Shown: positions 21,021 to 31,359, counted from the first letter of the stretch. The stretch is 62,071 nucleotides of DNA from Acidobacteriota bacterium (GCA_035530855.1 DATKUA010000257.1:1-62071); one strand, 5' to 3'. The notes: generated by a model from the sequence alone, not told the origin. Made by a program: numbers and translations.

Positions 21021-21623
21021 ATGACGACCGCGGTGCTAGATTCCGGTGTCCTGGTGCTCAACCGCTTCTTTCAGGCGGTACAGGTTACCTCGGTACGCCG
21101 CGCGTTCAGCCTCTTCTACAAGGGCCACGTCAAAGCCGTCGATGAGGGCTTCCTGACATATAATTTCAACGACTGGCGCGACCTGCCTCCCAACGGGGAT
21201 TCAATTCACACACCAAACCTCGTCCTCCGCATACCGCGCGTCGTCCAACTTATCTACTACGAAAAACCGCCGCGCTTCCGCGTTCGCTTCTCGCGTAAAA
21301 ACATTTTTCTGCGCGACCAGAACCGCTGCCAGTACTGCGGTCAGCACTTCGATCCGAAGGAACTTACGCTCGACCACATTATCCCCATCAGCCGCGGGGG
21401 AGGGAACTCCTGGGAGAATGTCGTCTGCTGCTGCGTCGATTGCAATAAGAGAAAAGGCAACAGGCTGCCCAACGATGTGAGCATGAAGCTGATTCGCAAA
21501 GCGAAACGCCCCCTTTGGATACCGTTCTCCCGCCTTGCAAAGAAGTGCGAGGCTTACCCGATCTGGCGAAATTTCATCGACTACGCTTACTGGAATGTCC
21601 CGCTCGATGAAGACAAGCCATAA
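21021..21623 (+). CDS. HNH endonuclease family protein
   Basis: 200 aa. HNH/zinc motif 'CQYCGQHF..LTLDHIIPISRGGGNSWENVVCCCVDCNKRKGNR', preceded by a ~90-aa conserved-looking N-terminal domain. Confidence 0.85.
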   Translation: MTTAVLDSGVLVLNRFFQAVQVTSVRRAFSLFYKGHVKAVDEGFLTYNFNDWRDLPPNGDSIHTPNLVLRIPRVVQLIYYEKPPRFRVRFSRKNIFLRDQNRCQYCGQHFDPKELTLDHIIPISRGGGNSWENVVCCCVDCNKRKGNRLPNDVSMKLIRKAKRPLWIPFSRLAKKCEAYPIWRNFIDYAYWNVPLDEDKP

Positions 21624-23220
21624 TTCCTGCCGAATCCGGATTCTCTTCGCGACGCTCGTCTTTGTTTTTCTGACCGCTGGCGGTTGTAATCCTGGAATGG
21701 ACGATCACCAACGGCGGGCGGCCGAAGGCGAGGTGATTGTCGGCGTCGACGAAGCCGCCGAGAGCCTCGATCCGCGCATCGGCACTTCGCTCGCCTCTTA
21801 CCGAGTTCACCAACTAATCTACAATCCCCTTACCGACCAGGATATCGACGGCAGGATTGTTCCCTCGCTCGCTGAAAGCTGGGAAAGCGAGGAAATTCCC
21901 GGTGACAGCGGATCGCGCTGGATTTGGCGCTTCAAGCTCCGCTCCGGCGTCCTTTTCCACGACGAAAGGCCGCTTACCGCCGACGACGTCGTCTACACCT
22001 ACAGTTCACTGCTATCCCCGGAATTTGTCAGCCGCAAAAAAGCGGCGTTCGATTTCGTCGAATCGGTCGCGGCTGAATCGCCTTTGAGCGTGGTCTTCAC
22101 GCTCGACAAGCCGCAGCCGTGGTTTCCTGCGGCGCTTGCCGCAGTGGGGATTGTGCCTGAGGGCTTCGGCAAGAACGACCAGCCGGTCGGCACGGGACCG
22201 TTCCGTTATAAAGGGCGCGAGGGATCGCAGCGCTTCTTCTTCGCCGGCAACGAAAACTTTTTTCTCGGAGCGCCCGGTATCGAAAAGCTCACTCTCAAGG
22301 TGGTTCCCGACCCGACCACAATGGCCCTCGAGTTGATGCATGGCAGCATCGACCTCATCGTCAACGACATCTCGCCCAACGCCGTGCCGCTGATGCGCAG
22401 CAGGGGTTTCAATGTGGTCACCGCGCCGGGACTGCCCTACGAGTACATCGGGATCAACCACCGCCATCCGGTACTCGGCGATAGGCTGGTGAGGCAGGCG
22501 ATCGCGCACGCCATAGACAGAGAAGCCATCATATCGACCTACCTCGATTCCCTGGCCAGGCCTGCAGTCTGCCCTTTGCTGCCCCGGTTGTGGGAGGGGA
22601 AACCCGAATTCGCCTACTACGAATACGAGCCGGAGAAAGCCAAAAAACTCCTCGATGCCGCCGGTTATCCCGATCCGGACGGAGGCGGGCCGGAGATGCG
22701 CTTCAGCATCATCTACAAGTGCTCGACCAATCGCGGCGGGCGCGACCTGGCCACGATTTTCAAACAGCAACTATCCGAAATCGGCATCGATCTGGATGTG
22801 CGCTCGCTCGAGTTCCAGACCTTCTATGCCGATATTGTCGCCGGCAACTTTGCTCTCTACCAGCTTCGCTGGGTGGGCATCGCCAATCCCGACTTCTTCG
22901 GGGCGGCCTTCCACAGCACCAGCGTCCCCGACGTTCCCGGCCAGATGGCTCCGGCACAAAGTCAGAGGCGGGGTAGTTTCAACCGCGGCCGCTACAACAA
23001 TCCCGAAGTCGATTTGCTGATTGAACAAGCCGAAGCCGAGCAGGATATGGAGCACCGCTGGCGGATCCTCGCGCGGTTGCAGAAGACACTGGCCGAGGAC
23101 CTGCCTTATATCGACCTCTGGTACAGGGACAACTTTGTAGTCGGGCGCCCGGATCTCGAGGGCTTCGAGCTAACACTCAATGCTTCGTTCTCCGCCTTGC
23201 GAAAACTCCGATACAGATGA
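21607..23220 (+). CDS. ABC-transporter-type solute-binding protein, family 5 (peptide/nickel-binding, DppA/OppA-like), probable lipoprotein
   Basis: Signal sequence 'MKTSHNSCRIRILFATLVFVFLTAGGC'. SBP_bac_5-like body ('DPR..YRVHQLIYNPL', 'YEYIGIN', 'DIDLWY'). ATG 21607 overlaps the HNH stop. Confidence 0.85.
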   Translation: MKTSHNSCRIRILFATLVFVFLTAGGCNPGMDDHQRRAAEGEVIVGVDEAAESLDPRIGTSLASYRVHQLIYNPLTDQDIDGRIVPSLAESWESEEIPGDSGSRWIWRFKLRSGVLFHDERPLTADDVVYTYSSLLSPEFVSRKKAAFDFVESVAAESPLSVVFTLDKPQPWFPAALAAVGIVPEGFGKNDQPVGTGPFRYKGREGSQRFFFAGNENFFLGAPGIEKLTLKVVPDPTTMALELMHGSIDLIVNDISPNAVPLMRSRGFNVVTAPGLPYEYIGINHRHPVLGDRLVRQAIAHAIDREAIISTYLDSLARPAVCPLLPRLWEGKPEFAYYEYEPEKAKKLLDAAGYPDPDGGGPEMRFSIIYKCSTNRGGRDLATIFKQQLSEIGIDLDVRSLEFQTFYADIVAGNFALYQLRWVGIANPDFFGAAFHSTSVPDVPGQMAPAQSQRRGSFNRGRYNNPEVDLLIEQAEAEQDMEHRWRILARLQKTLAEDLPYIDLWYRDNFVVGRPDLEGFELTLNASFSALRKLRYR

Positions 23221-23310
23221 AGCCGAAAAGACCTGAGCGCGGCTGCTTGGGTCCTGTTTTCCCTATAAGAAAGCAGCGGTTATAATCTGCGGTCGAACCA
23301 GGAGAATCCC

Positions 23311-25971
23311 TTGAGAGATATTGGACCGGTATCTTTGGCACTGGTTACATTGCTGATGGTCTGCGTAGCGGCATCCGCCTTTGAAGGCGATGGCCATGTG
23401 ACCGGATTGATCAGGGACGGTGCAGGTAATCCTCTTCCCGGGGTCGAAATAATTCTCAGGTCCGTCGACCGTCCATCGGTCCAAATCAGCAGCGGAACCG
23501 ATAGCGGCGGCCGGTTCGTCATCTCCTCGATTGATCCCGCGACTTACCGCCTGACTGTCAGCCATGCGAGTCACGGGAGGCTCGAACTGTCGATCGATAT
23601 CAAGCCGGGCGAAAGGTTGTCACTGGATCTCCGGCTGACCGGATCCTCTTACCTCCCGGCCCTCAGTCTCCTCGACGTCGCCGAAGCAGGGCAGGCAATC
23701 CGGTTCGACAGCGATTTGCTCCAATCGCTGCCCTTGCGGCGCAGTATCGCTGACCCGCTTACCTTAATCCCGGGTGCGGCGGGAAGGGATTTGTTCAACG
23801 TCCACGGGGGGACGGTGCGCGGCCTGCGCTATACTATCAACGGAATCGATCTCACCGACCCTCAGGACGGATTGGGCTTGATCGAAGTCCCCTTCCACGC
23901 CATCGCCGGCGCGGAAGTGGTGCTGGGAAATGCATCCGCGGAGATTGACGCAGCCGAGGGTTCGGCGGTGAACCTCGTTGCCCGGCGCGGAGGCCGATCG
24001 TTCCGCGGCGAGGCGAACATCTTCATCTCGAACAGTTCATTCCAGAACAAAGACAACATCCGGGAAGACAAAGAAATAAGCGAATACACCCCGTCATTCG
24101 GCATCGGCGGGCCGTTGATCGAGAAGAGCGCATGGTTCTATGGAGCGGTCACCTACCGGCACGCAGACATCAAAGACACCAACGGCCGGTTCTCGCCTTT
24201 GGAATTGCGGGGGCCGGAAACGATCGGCAAACTCGATTGGTCGGCCGGCAGCGACTGGCACATTGGCGCAACCTATCTCGGCTTTGTCCAGGTCAAGCAC
24301 AGATTCCACTCTCCAGACATCGATGTATTCGAGATCGCCGAATCGAATCCTGATCTTATCACCGCCGACGTGCGGGAATCGGGCAACGCTGTACGCTTTG
24401 GGGCAGCGAGAAGGTTCTCGCCCGGCTCGATCGCGCGCGCTCAACTCGTTTACACCGCAAGGAATCAAACCACGGAACCCACATCCGGAGACAGAGGTGT
24501 ACCGACGGTAATCGATCCCTACCCTGAAGGTGGGTTTACGTTGTATCAAGGTTCGATCAAGCCAGACTGGCGAGAGGACGGTTCGAAACGCGTTTCGTTG
24601 TCAGGCAGCTATGCCACGTCGCTGAACGCCGGAGGCCGGCATGATCTGCTCGGCGGCGCAGAACTCGAATGGACCGAAATAAAGCTCTCGGGCGGATTCA
24701 ACGGCGGTTACCTGACCGAATTCTATACGCCTGCCGGTTTACCCTTCCGCCGGCTTTCTTTCCGTCAAAACAGCGGCCTGGAATACGAAGACAACCGCGA
24801 ACTGCAGGATTACTGTGTTTACGTGGAAGACACATGGACTCCCGCCGACCGGCTGACCATAAACCTGGGAGCGCGGCTGGAGCGCCGCACCGGTCGAAAC
24901 GCCATCGCCGATGTTTTCGTGTGGAACTCCCTGGCACCGCGTGTCGGCGTAGCCTACGCGCCGTTCCCCGACGGGATGACTCTGCTGCGCGCGGGATTTT
25001 CGCGCTACAATAATCCCCTTTTAGGTTCGTTCATCCCGGGCACGCCTTATGAGTTGGCGACCGAATTCTTCGACGCCGCGACAGGTTCGTGGACGACCTC
25101 GCCGCTGAACAGGACAGAGACAATCGGCTACGTTGCCAACATGGTCGCTCCCGACACCGGAGCGCCGTACTGGGACGAGTGGACATTAGGTGTGGAGAGA
25201 GAACTGCCGGGTGCCTCGGTCCTGTCCCTTTCGTACGTCCATCGCGAGCAGAAACGGATTCTCGAAGACATTGAGCGGAACCTTTGGCCAAATTTCAAGA
25301 AGGACAAAACGGAGGACATATACGACAACGAGTATAACTTTTTTACTCAGCAGCCGGGCCTCGACGGCACCCGCAATCCGTATTTATTTCTGACGAATGT
25401 CGCTGGTTTGTTCCGAAAGTACAAGGGCTTGGAGATTACTCTGAGGTCCGATCTAAGCCCCAGCTTGAAGTTCTTCGGCGCGTTCACCTGGTCAAAGACC
25501 GAGGGGAATATTGACAACAACGCCGCCGAGAGCAGCGGTTCGAGTTTCGCTTATGACACCCCTAACGAGCGCATAAACGCCGAAGGCTACCTCTCGTCCG
25601 ATAGGCGATATGAGCTCCGCCTGGCAGCCGTCTACGCCGCCCCCAAGGCATTCTATGTTTCGCTCGTGATGCAAGTGGCAAGCGGAAACCCGTTGGACCG
25701 CATGTTGCTGAATCCCGACAACGGGCATTACGAAATCCGCTCGGCAGGGCGAGGAAGCGTGTATCGGGCCGAGGGTTATATCAATGTAGATTTGAGGATC
25801 GAGAAGGAGGTATCTCTACCCTGCGGAACCGTCTCGCTGCTTCTGGATGCAATCAACCTGACCGATGACGACGCGCCTACAGCTTACACCACAAGCGACA
25901 CCGGATTCGGCTTGCCCGTCAGCCGGAGGGCGCCTAGAACAATCCGCTGGGGTATCCGCTACTCGTTCTAG
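23311..25971 (+). CDS. TonB-dependent receptor-like outer-membrane protein with N-terminal carboxypeptidase-regulatory-like domain
   Basis: 886 aa. TTG start 6 nt after AGGAG. Signal peptide. 'VTGLIRDGAGNPLPGVEIIL..TDSGGRFVISSIDPATYRLTV', a plug-like segment, a long beta-rich body and C-terminal '..RWGIRYSF'. Confidence 0.8.
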   Translation: MRDIGPVSLALVTLLMVCVAASAFEGDGHVTGLIRDGAGNPLPGVEIILRSVDRPSVQISSGTDSGGRFVISSIDPATYRLTVSHASHGRLELSIDIKPGERLSLDLRLTGSSYLPALSLLDVAEAGQAIRFDSDLLQSLPLRRSIADPLTLIPGAAGRDLFNVHGGTVRGLRYTINGIDLTDPQDGLGLIEVPFHAIAGAEVVLGNASAEIDAAEGSAVNLVARRGGRSFRGEANIFISNSSFQNKDNIREDKEISEYTPSFGIGGPLIEKSAWFYGAVTYRHADIKDTNGRFSPLELRGPETIGKLDWSAGSDWHIGATYLGFVQVKHRFHSPDIDVFEIAESNPDLITADVRESGNAVRFGAARRFSPGSIARAQLVYTARNQTTEPTSGDRGVPTVIDPYPEGGFTLYQGSIKPDWREDGSKRVSLSGSYATSLNAGGRHDLLGGAELEWTEIKLSGGFNGGYLTEFYTPAGLPFRRLSFRQNSGLEYEDNRELQDYCVYVEDTWTPADRLTINLGARLERRTGRNAIADVFVWNSLAPRVGVAYAPFPDGMTLLRAGFSRYNNPLLGSFIPGTPYELATEFFDAATGSWTTSPLNRTETIGYVANMVAPDTGAPYWDEWTLGVERELPGASVLSLSYVHREQKRILEDIERNLWPNFKKDKTEDIYDNEYNFFTQQPGLDGTRNPYLFLTNVAGLFRKYKGLEITLRSDLSPSLKFFGAFTWSKTEGNIDNNAAESSGSSFAYDTPNERINAEGYLSSDRRYELRLAAVYAAPKAFYVSLVMQVASGNPLDRMLLNPDNGHYEIRSAGRGSVYRAEGYINVDLRIEKEVSLPCGTVSLLLDAINLTDDDAPTAYTTSDTGFGLPVSRRAPRTIRWGIRYSF

Positions 25972-26029
25972 GCAAATTGCGTAATTTCGCTCTATGCTTA
26001 TAATTCGGTAATCTGTCTTATTAGGGGAA

Positions 26030-28789
26030 ATGTTGAAGAGTCTTTTGACAGCCGCGCTGCTGGCCGCAGCAATATTGCTGGCAACAGGGTCTGTTCCTTA
26101 TGCTCAGGTCACTCAGACAGGAGTGATCGCCGGCCAGGTCTTCGATAGCGACAGCGAACCGATCGTCGCCGCGCGGATCACGGTGAGCAATATCGAACTA
26201 CTCGGGAGTAAAGTTTCGACCATCACCGACGGTGAGGGTCGGTTCAGAATTCCCGGCTTGACTCCGGGCGTGTACTCAATCGAAATCTTCCACGAAGATT
26301 TCATCCGCCAGGTTCTGAACGATGTCTATCTGAAGGTTGATGAAATCGTTAGGATAACGATAGTCCTGCAAGCGGAAGGAGAGGAACCGGTTGAAATCCC
26401 CAGGCAGCCCGTTCCGCTGGTCGATATAGCCGCTCTCAACCTCGAGGAAATTCTATCGCCTGACATGCTCAGGCGGCTCCCAAACCGGCGGAATTTGACC
26501 GATGCTCTCCAGTTTTTCTCCGGTGCGTTCGAAGTCGGCGATGGCATCGCAATCGGCGGCGGGGCTCCAGTGGACAACGCCTATATCCTCGATGGTGTCG
26601 TACTGAACGATCCGCACGATGGCACACCATCGGCACAGCCGGTTTTCGATCTGATTTTCGCAGTTGATCTAACTTCAGCAATTCTCGATTCCGCATCCAG
26701 ATCCGCAACCGGCGGGACCGTAACCATAACCACATTGATGTCGCCGAACCGCTATAGCGGCGAAGCAAGTTTCTTCATGAACTCTAGCGACCTCAATAGC
26801 ATTAATTATCCCGGTGCGATCAAACCCGACGATTACCTGGTAACACCGAGCCTTTCTCTTGGAGGCCCGGTACTAAGTGGAAGAAGCTGGTTTTATGCAG
26901 GTTTCAGTTATATCCGCAATCGCTATACCGACTCGCCGACCCGGTTGTCACCCGAGGAAACATCGGGTCATCTGATAAATTCCAAGGTTTTCTTCAGACT
27001 GAACGACCGCACCGACCTGCGAGCGGCCTACCTGCGCGACAGCGCGGACAGGAATCAATACTATTCCCCCGACACCGCCGTATGGACTATTCTTGAGCCC
27101 GAATCCGACCGAGTCGACTGGGATCAATACTCTTCGACAAATCTCCTCTTCTTCGGCGTCGAACACAGGCTCTCGGAAACCGTAACACTGCATCTGACTG
27201 CCGAGAGGCTCTGGCGCAAGGTCGAGCTTCTTCCCTCTTCGGGGGACAAGAATTACAGGTCGAAATATGATCCCGTGGAACTCGTGGTCTACGAAGGATC
27301 ACCGCTTACGGAATGGGAGGACGGCAAGACAAGCCGGTGGCTGTTGAAAGGAGGATTCGATTACTACCTGGACGAGCTTGCGGGTACCCACGATATATCC
27401 CTCGGAACCGAGTACGAGCGAAGTCTGCACAATTCCCGCAGGGATATTACCGGCGACAATCGGGCGATATTCATCAACAGACCCGAATGGCCCAACGAGA
27501 GAGAGCTCTACGTTGAGCTTCTTAGAACGCAGGAGAATTTCGCTGGTCCGATCGAAACCCAAAACTATCTTTCCCGCTTCAGCGTTTTCGCGAGTGACAA
27601 CTGGTTGCTGTTCCCTGAACTGGCAGTCCACTTCGGGGTCAGGTACGACGGGGTCGTTGTCGATAACAGCACAGCGCATGTAATCGACTGGGATGAAATC
27701 AGCCCTCGCATGGGGATCAGTTGGGATCCGTTCGGAAACGGCAAAACAGTGCTTCGAGCCGGTTACGCCAGCTATCACGCCTCAGCAATGACGGCTATGG
27801 CGCCGACCGATCCGTTTTACATCGCAAGAAGGTTCAACACCTCTACGCTTGAGAAACTGGGTTTCGCTGGTATTAACGGAGAAATGACGTCATCTATCTT
27901 CGACTCGGCAACGAGATACGGATATGCCGAGGACTGGAACGATGCGAACTTGAACACCGAGGCACCAAGGACCGACGAATACTACCTCGCGGCGGAATAC
28001 GAGCCACGAGCCCAGACTCATTTGGAGGTCAACCTGGTCTTTCGCAAGACCAGGAATATGCTTGAGGATTTGGAAACAAATCTGTGGGACAGCTACATCA
28101 ACGCATCCGGCATCGACAGCCGGGGGCAGCCGTACCCTTTTAGAGTGCGCACACCCGGTAAAGACGGCACATATCTCCCGAAACTTTACTGGACTTCAGA
28201 CCCTAGGCTAAAACGCAAATACGTCGGATTCGGTGTGAATCTTCAGTCCAAACCACTACCGTTCCTTCACGCCCAACTCCGCTATCTGTGGTCGAAAACC
28301 GAAGGCAATGTCGATGTCACACTCCAGGAGGACTCGCCGTTTTCCTACCTTTTGAACAGCCCCAATTCTCTGATCAACAGCTACGGTTATCTTTCCGCAG
28401 ACCACCGCCACGATCTGAAGCTCCTGCTTTATGGCGACCTGCCTTACGGCTTCTGCTTCGGTGCGGTGGCTCGATACCTGTCAGGCGCGCCATATAACCG
28501 CCTCCTGCGGATTCCGCCTGAGAGCGATCCGTTGGCCTACACCGAGACAATCTTCGCCGATCCACGGGGGACCGTTTACCGGCTCGACAATCAGCTCACG
28601 ATCGACCTGCGGATTGAAAAGATCATTGTCGCGGGTGATGGCTCATTGTCGCTGATCCTGGATATCTTCAACCTGCTCAACAGCAAAGCCGTAACCAAGC
28701 GCTTCGAGATCGATGGAGACCTCTTCGGCGAACCGCTGCTGCGTATCCCTCCGCGTTCAATTCGGCTGGGAGTCAGTTATTCGTTCTGA
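26030..28789 (+). CDS. TonB-dependent receptor-like outer-membrane protein with N-terminal carboxypeptidase-regulatory-like domain (paralog of the previous gene)
   Basis: 919 aa. Signal peptide 'LLAAAILLATGSVPYAQ'. 'IAGQVFDSDSEPIVAARITV..TDGEGRFRIPGLTPGVYSIEI'. C-terminal '..RLGVSYSF'. Confidence 0.8.
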   Translation: MLKSLLTAALLAAAILLATGSVPYAQVTQTGVIAGQVFDSDSEPIVAARITVSNIELLGSKVSTITDGEGRFRIPGLTPGVYSIEIFHEDFIRQVLNDVYLKVDEIVRITIVLQAEGEEPVEIPRQPVPLVDIAALNLEEILSPDMLRRLPNRRNLTDALQFFSGAFEVGDGIAIGGGAPVDNAYILDGVVLNDPHDGTPSAQPVFDLIFAVDLTSAILDSASRSATGGTVTITTLMSPNRYSGEASFFMNSSDLNSINYPGAIKPDDYLVTPSLSLGGPVLSGRSWFYAGFSYIRNRYTDSPTRLSPEETSGHLINSKVFFRLNDRTDLRAAYLRDSADRNQYYSPDTAVWTILEPESDRVDWDQYSSTNLLFFGVEHRLSETVTLHLTAERLWRKVELLPSSGDKNYRSKYDPVELVVYEGSPLTEWEDGKTSRWLLKGGFDYYLDELAGTHDISLGTEYERSLHNSRRDITGDNRAIFINRPEWPNERELYVELLRTQENFAGPIETQNYLSRFSVFASDNWLLFPELAVHFGVRYDGVVVDNSTAHVIDWDEISPRMGISWDPFGNGKTVLRAGYASYHASAMTAMAPTDPFYIARRFNTSTLEKLGFAGINGEMTSSIFDSATRYGYAEDWNDANLNTEAPRTDEYYLAAEYEPRAQTHLEVNLVFRKTRNMLEDLETNLWDSYINASGIDSRGQPYPFRVRTPGKDGTYLPKLYWTSDPRLKRKYVGFGVNLQSKPLPFLHAQLRYLWSKTEGNVDVTLQEDSPFSYLLNSPNSLINSYGYLSADHRHDLKLLLYGDLPYGFCFGAVARYLSGAPYNRLLRIPPESDPLAYTETIFADPRGTVYRLDNQLTIDLRIEKIIVAGDGSLSLILDIFNLLNSKAVTKRFEIDGDLFGEPLLRIPPRSIRLGVSYSF

Positions 28790-29567
28790 TTTCCGGCAAT
28801 AAACCGGCCGTCTCTGAAAGAGGGTGCTCGATCCTGTCCCATTGCCCGTCGATGATCGCTCGTGCCAGCGCCGAGTAATCCCCCGCTTCATCATAAAGCA
28901 CCAGTTCGCTTTCGATCGCTTTGCGGATAGAGCCGGTTCTGAGCAAAACCAGCAAGATATTCGCCATCCTGCTTGCATAAGGCTTTACCAGGCATTTGTG
29001 GACTATAGCTAGCTCGTTATCTGCCGCGGCCTTATCAAGCTCAGCCTCCCTCTCGGGCAGCAGGACAACAGCAGCTGAGCCATCGGGTTTGAGCGTGCGG
29101 GCGGCGCAGGAGACTACATCGTCCAGGGTTGCCAACAGCTCATGTCGGGCGCGGGCCTTCTCCGGCTCCGGATTCAGCCGCCCCCGCCCCACTGCGCGGA
29201 AAGGGGGGTTGCTGAAAACGAGGTCGTAGCGATGTTCCCACCGCGCTCCTTCGATTTCACGAAGGTCGAGTCGGGATATTTCGACGTTTTTCAGGCCGTT
29301 CTCCCTGACGTTAAACAGAGCCAGCTCGAACAACGAATCCTGAATCTCAATTGCGTCAATTTGCATCCTGGGACGCTTCGACGCAAGCGCCAGGGAAACG
29401 ACTCCGCATCCCGAGCCCAGTTCCAGCGCGCTTCCGCCCGGGATGGCTGACGCATACCACGCCAGCAGGAGCGCATCGATGCTGAACCGATAGCCCTCGC
29501 GCCGTTGGCGCACCTTGATCCGGCCGTTGAAGATCGCGTCGTCGCTGTATCGGTCGTCAAACATCAC
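28773..29567 (-). CDS. tRNA (adenine-N6)-methyltransferase-like SAM-dependent methyltransferase (YfiC/TrmN6 family)
   Basis: 264 aa. 'GYRFSIDALLLA', SAM motif 'LELGSGCG', catalytic 'FSNPPF'. Overlaps the convergent receptor gene by 17 nt. Confidence 0.75.
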   Translation of the reverse strand: MMFDDRYSDDAIFNGRIKVRQRREGYRFSIDALLLAWYASAIPGGSALELGSGCGVVSLALASKRPRMQIDAIEIQDSLFELALFNVRENGLKNVEISRLDLREIEGARWEHRYDLVFSNPPFRAVGRGRLNPEPEKARARHELLATLDDVVSCAARTLKPDGSAAVVLLPEREAELDKAAADNELAIVHKCLVKPYASRMANILLVLLRTGSIRKAIESELVLYDEAGDYSALARAIIDGQWDRIEHPLSETAGLLPEIRTNN

Positions 29568-29668
29568 TATTCCCTGATCCCTACTTCGGCCCCTATCTAT
29601 GAGGGCATCAACAGTTTACTCCAAAGTCCGCCTCAGCGTAGAATGCTCAGGCAACAACGGGGGATTCC

Positions 29669-30721
29669 ATGCAGGATAACAAAGGACCCAGACATCTCAG
29701 CTACCGCGATGCCGGGGTGGATATAGACGCAGCAAGCGCCGCCAAACGCAGGATGGCAGCGATGGCCCGCTCGACGTTCAACGAGTCAGTCCTGACCGAG
29801 CTGGGCGGCTTCGGCGGCTTGTTCCGCTTGCCCGAGGGCATGCGCAAGCCGGTGCTTGTGTCCAGCGTTGACGGAGTCGGCACCAAGCTGAAAGTCGCAT
29901 TCATGGCGGGCCGTCACAACACTGTCGGCATCGACCTCGTCAATCATTGCGTCAACGACATCCTGACCACCGGCGCGCGCCCGTTGTTCTTCCTCGACTA
30001 CATCGCCACCGGTGAACTAGAGCCTGATGTGGCCGTGGCAATTGTCGAGGGCCTCTCGAAAGCCTGCGCCGACAACAGCTGCTCCCTGATCGGCGGCGAG
30101 ACAGCTGAGATGCCGGATTTTTACAGTCCGGGGGAATACGACCTGGCGGGCACGATCGTCGGCATCGTGGAAGAGGACCGCGTGCTCACCGGCGAAGCCG
30201 TGACTGCAGGCGACCTGCTTGTCGGGCTGCCAAGCAGCGGTCTGCACACTAACGGCTACAGTCTGGCGCGAAAGATCTTCTTCGATGTTCTTGGTCTGGG
30301 CGTCGACGATTACGTCACAGACCTCGGCCGCACCGTCGGCGAGGAGTTGCTAGAACCTCACCTTAGTTACGCACCTCGGTTGAGAGAACCGCTCGAACGG
30401 GATTGGATCAAGGCGTTGGCGCACATCACCGGAGGCGGAATCACAGACAACCTTCCGCGCGTGCTCCCTGGTGGCTGTAATGCCGTGATAAAACCCTGGA
30501 GTTGGCCGGTTCTCCCTGTGTTCGAAATGATACGCAGGGTAGGCAACGTTACCGAGGACGAAATGCTGCGCGTCTTCAACAACGGCATCGGCATGATTGC
30601 GGTCGCGGATCCCGACGCTATCGACAAGTTGGCCGCCCACTTCGGGGAGAAGGGATATTATCTGATCGGTGAGATAGCCGAGGCCGACGGCGCGGAAAGG
30701 GAGGTCATATATGCCCGCTAG
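29669..30721 (+). CDS. purM: phosphoribosylformylglycinamidine cyclo-ligase (AIR synthetase)
   Basis: 350 aa. 'SYRDAGVDIDAA', 'DGVGTKL', 'GGETAEMP'. Confidence 0.95.
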   Translation: MQDNKGPRHLSYRDAGVDIDAASAAKRRMAAMARSTFNESVLTELGGFGGLFRLPEGMRKPVLVSSVDGVGTKLKVAFMAGRHNTVGIDLVNHCVNDILTTGARPLFFLDYIATGELEPDVAVAIVEGLSKACADNSCSLIGGETAEMPDFYSPGEYDLAGTIVGIVEEDRVLTGEAVTAGDLLVGLPSSGLHTNGYSLARKIFFDVLGLGVDDYVTDLGRTVGEELLEPHLSYAPRLREPLERDWIKALAHITGGGITDNLPRVLPGGCNAVIKPWSWPVLPVFEMIRRVGNVTEDEMLRVFNNGIGMIAVADPDAIDKLAAHFGEKGYYLIGEIAEADGAEREVIYAR

Positions 30722-31328
30722 AAAAAAGATAGGGGTGCTGATCAGCGGCCGCGGCTCCAACATGATGAGTATCCTCGACGCATGCGAGCGCGGTGATATC
30801 AACGGTGACGTCGTCGTCGTGATCAGCAACAAGGCCAATGCGGAGGGTTTGCAGAAGGCAGCCGAGCGCGGCGCCGAGGCACTCGCCGTGTCGCACCGCG
30901 ACTTTCCCGATCGTGAGTTGTTCGACCGCGCCGTCGTCGAGAAGCTGGAGAAGCGTGAAGTCAACCTTGTCTGCCTCGCCGGATTCATGCGCCTACTCAG
31001 CCCCTGGTTCGTCTCCCGCTTCCGCAACCGGGTCATGAACATCCATCCCGCCCTCCTGCCCTCCTTCCCCGGGCTGCACGGCCAGAAGCAGGCCGTCGAC
31101 CATGGGGTCAAAATCAGCGGCGCCACTGTCCACTTCGTCGATGAAAAGCTCGACCACGGCCCGATCATCATCCAGCGCGCCGTCGAAGTCCGCGATGACG
31201 ACTCCGAAGATTCGCTTGCGGAGCGCATCCTGAAGATCGAGCACCAAATTTACACCGAAGCGGTTAAACTCTTCTGTGCCGATCGTCTTCACGTCGAGGG
31301 ACGCAAAGTCTTCATCCACGACAAGTAA
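30711..31328 (+). CDS. purN: phosphoribosylglycinamide formyltransferase
   Basis: 205 aa. 'IGVLISGRGSN', 'NIHPALLP', 'GATVHFVDEKLDHGPII'. Overlaps the purM stop. Confidence 0.95.
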   Translation: MPARKKIGVLISGRGSNMMSILDACERGDINGDVVVVISNKANAEGLQKAAERGAEALAVSHRDFPDRELFDRAVVEKLEKREVNLVCLAGFMRLLSPWFVSRFRNRVMNIHPALLPSFPGLHGQKQAVDHGVKISGATVHFVDEKLDHGPIIIQRAVEVRDDDSEDSLAERILKIEHQIYTEAVKLFCADRLHVEGRKVFIHDK

Positions 31329-31359
31329 TCCCCCCAAGTCGCAACAGGACGAAATCCGC

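Noticed and set aside
23337-23353. TTGGCAC..TTGC looked like a sigma-54 -24/-12 element; a sigma-54 activator is encoded in the window
   Set aside because: The GG-to-GC spacing is 14 nt rather than the required 11, and the site lies inside the receptor coding sequence.
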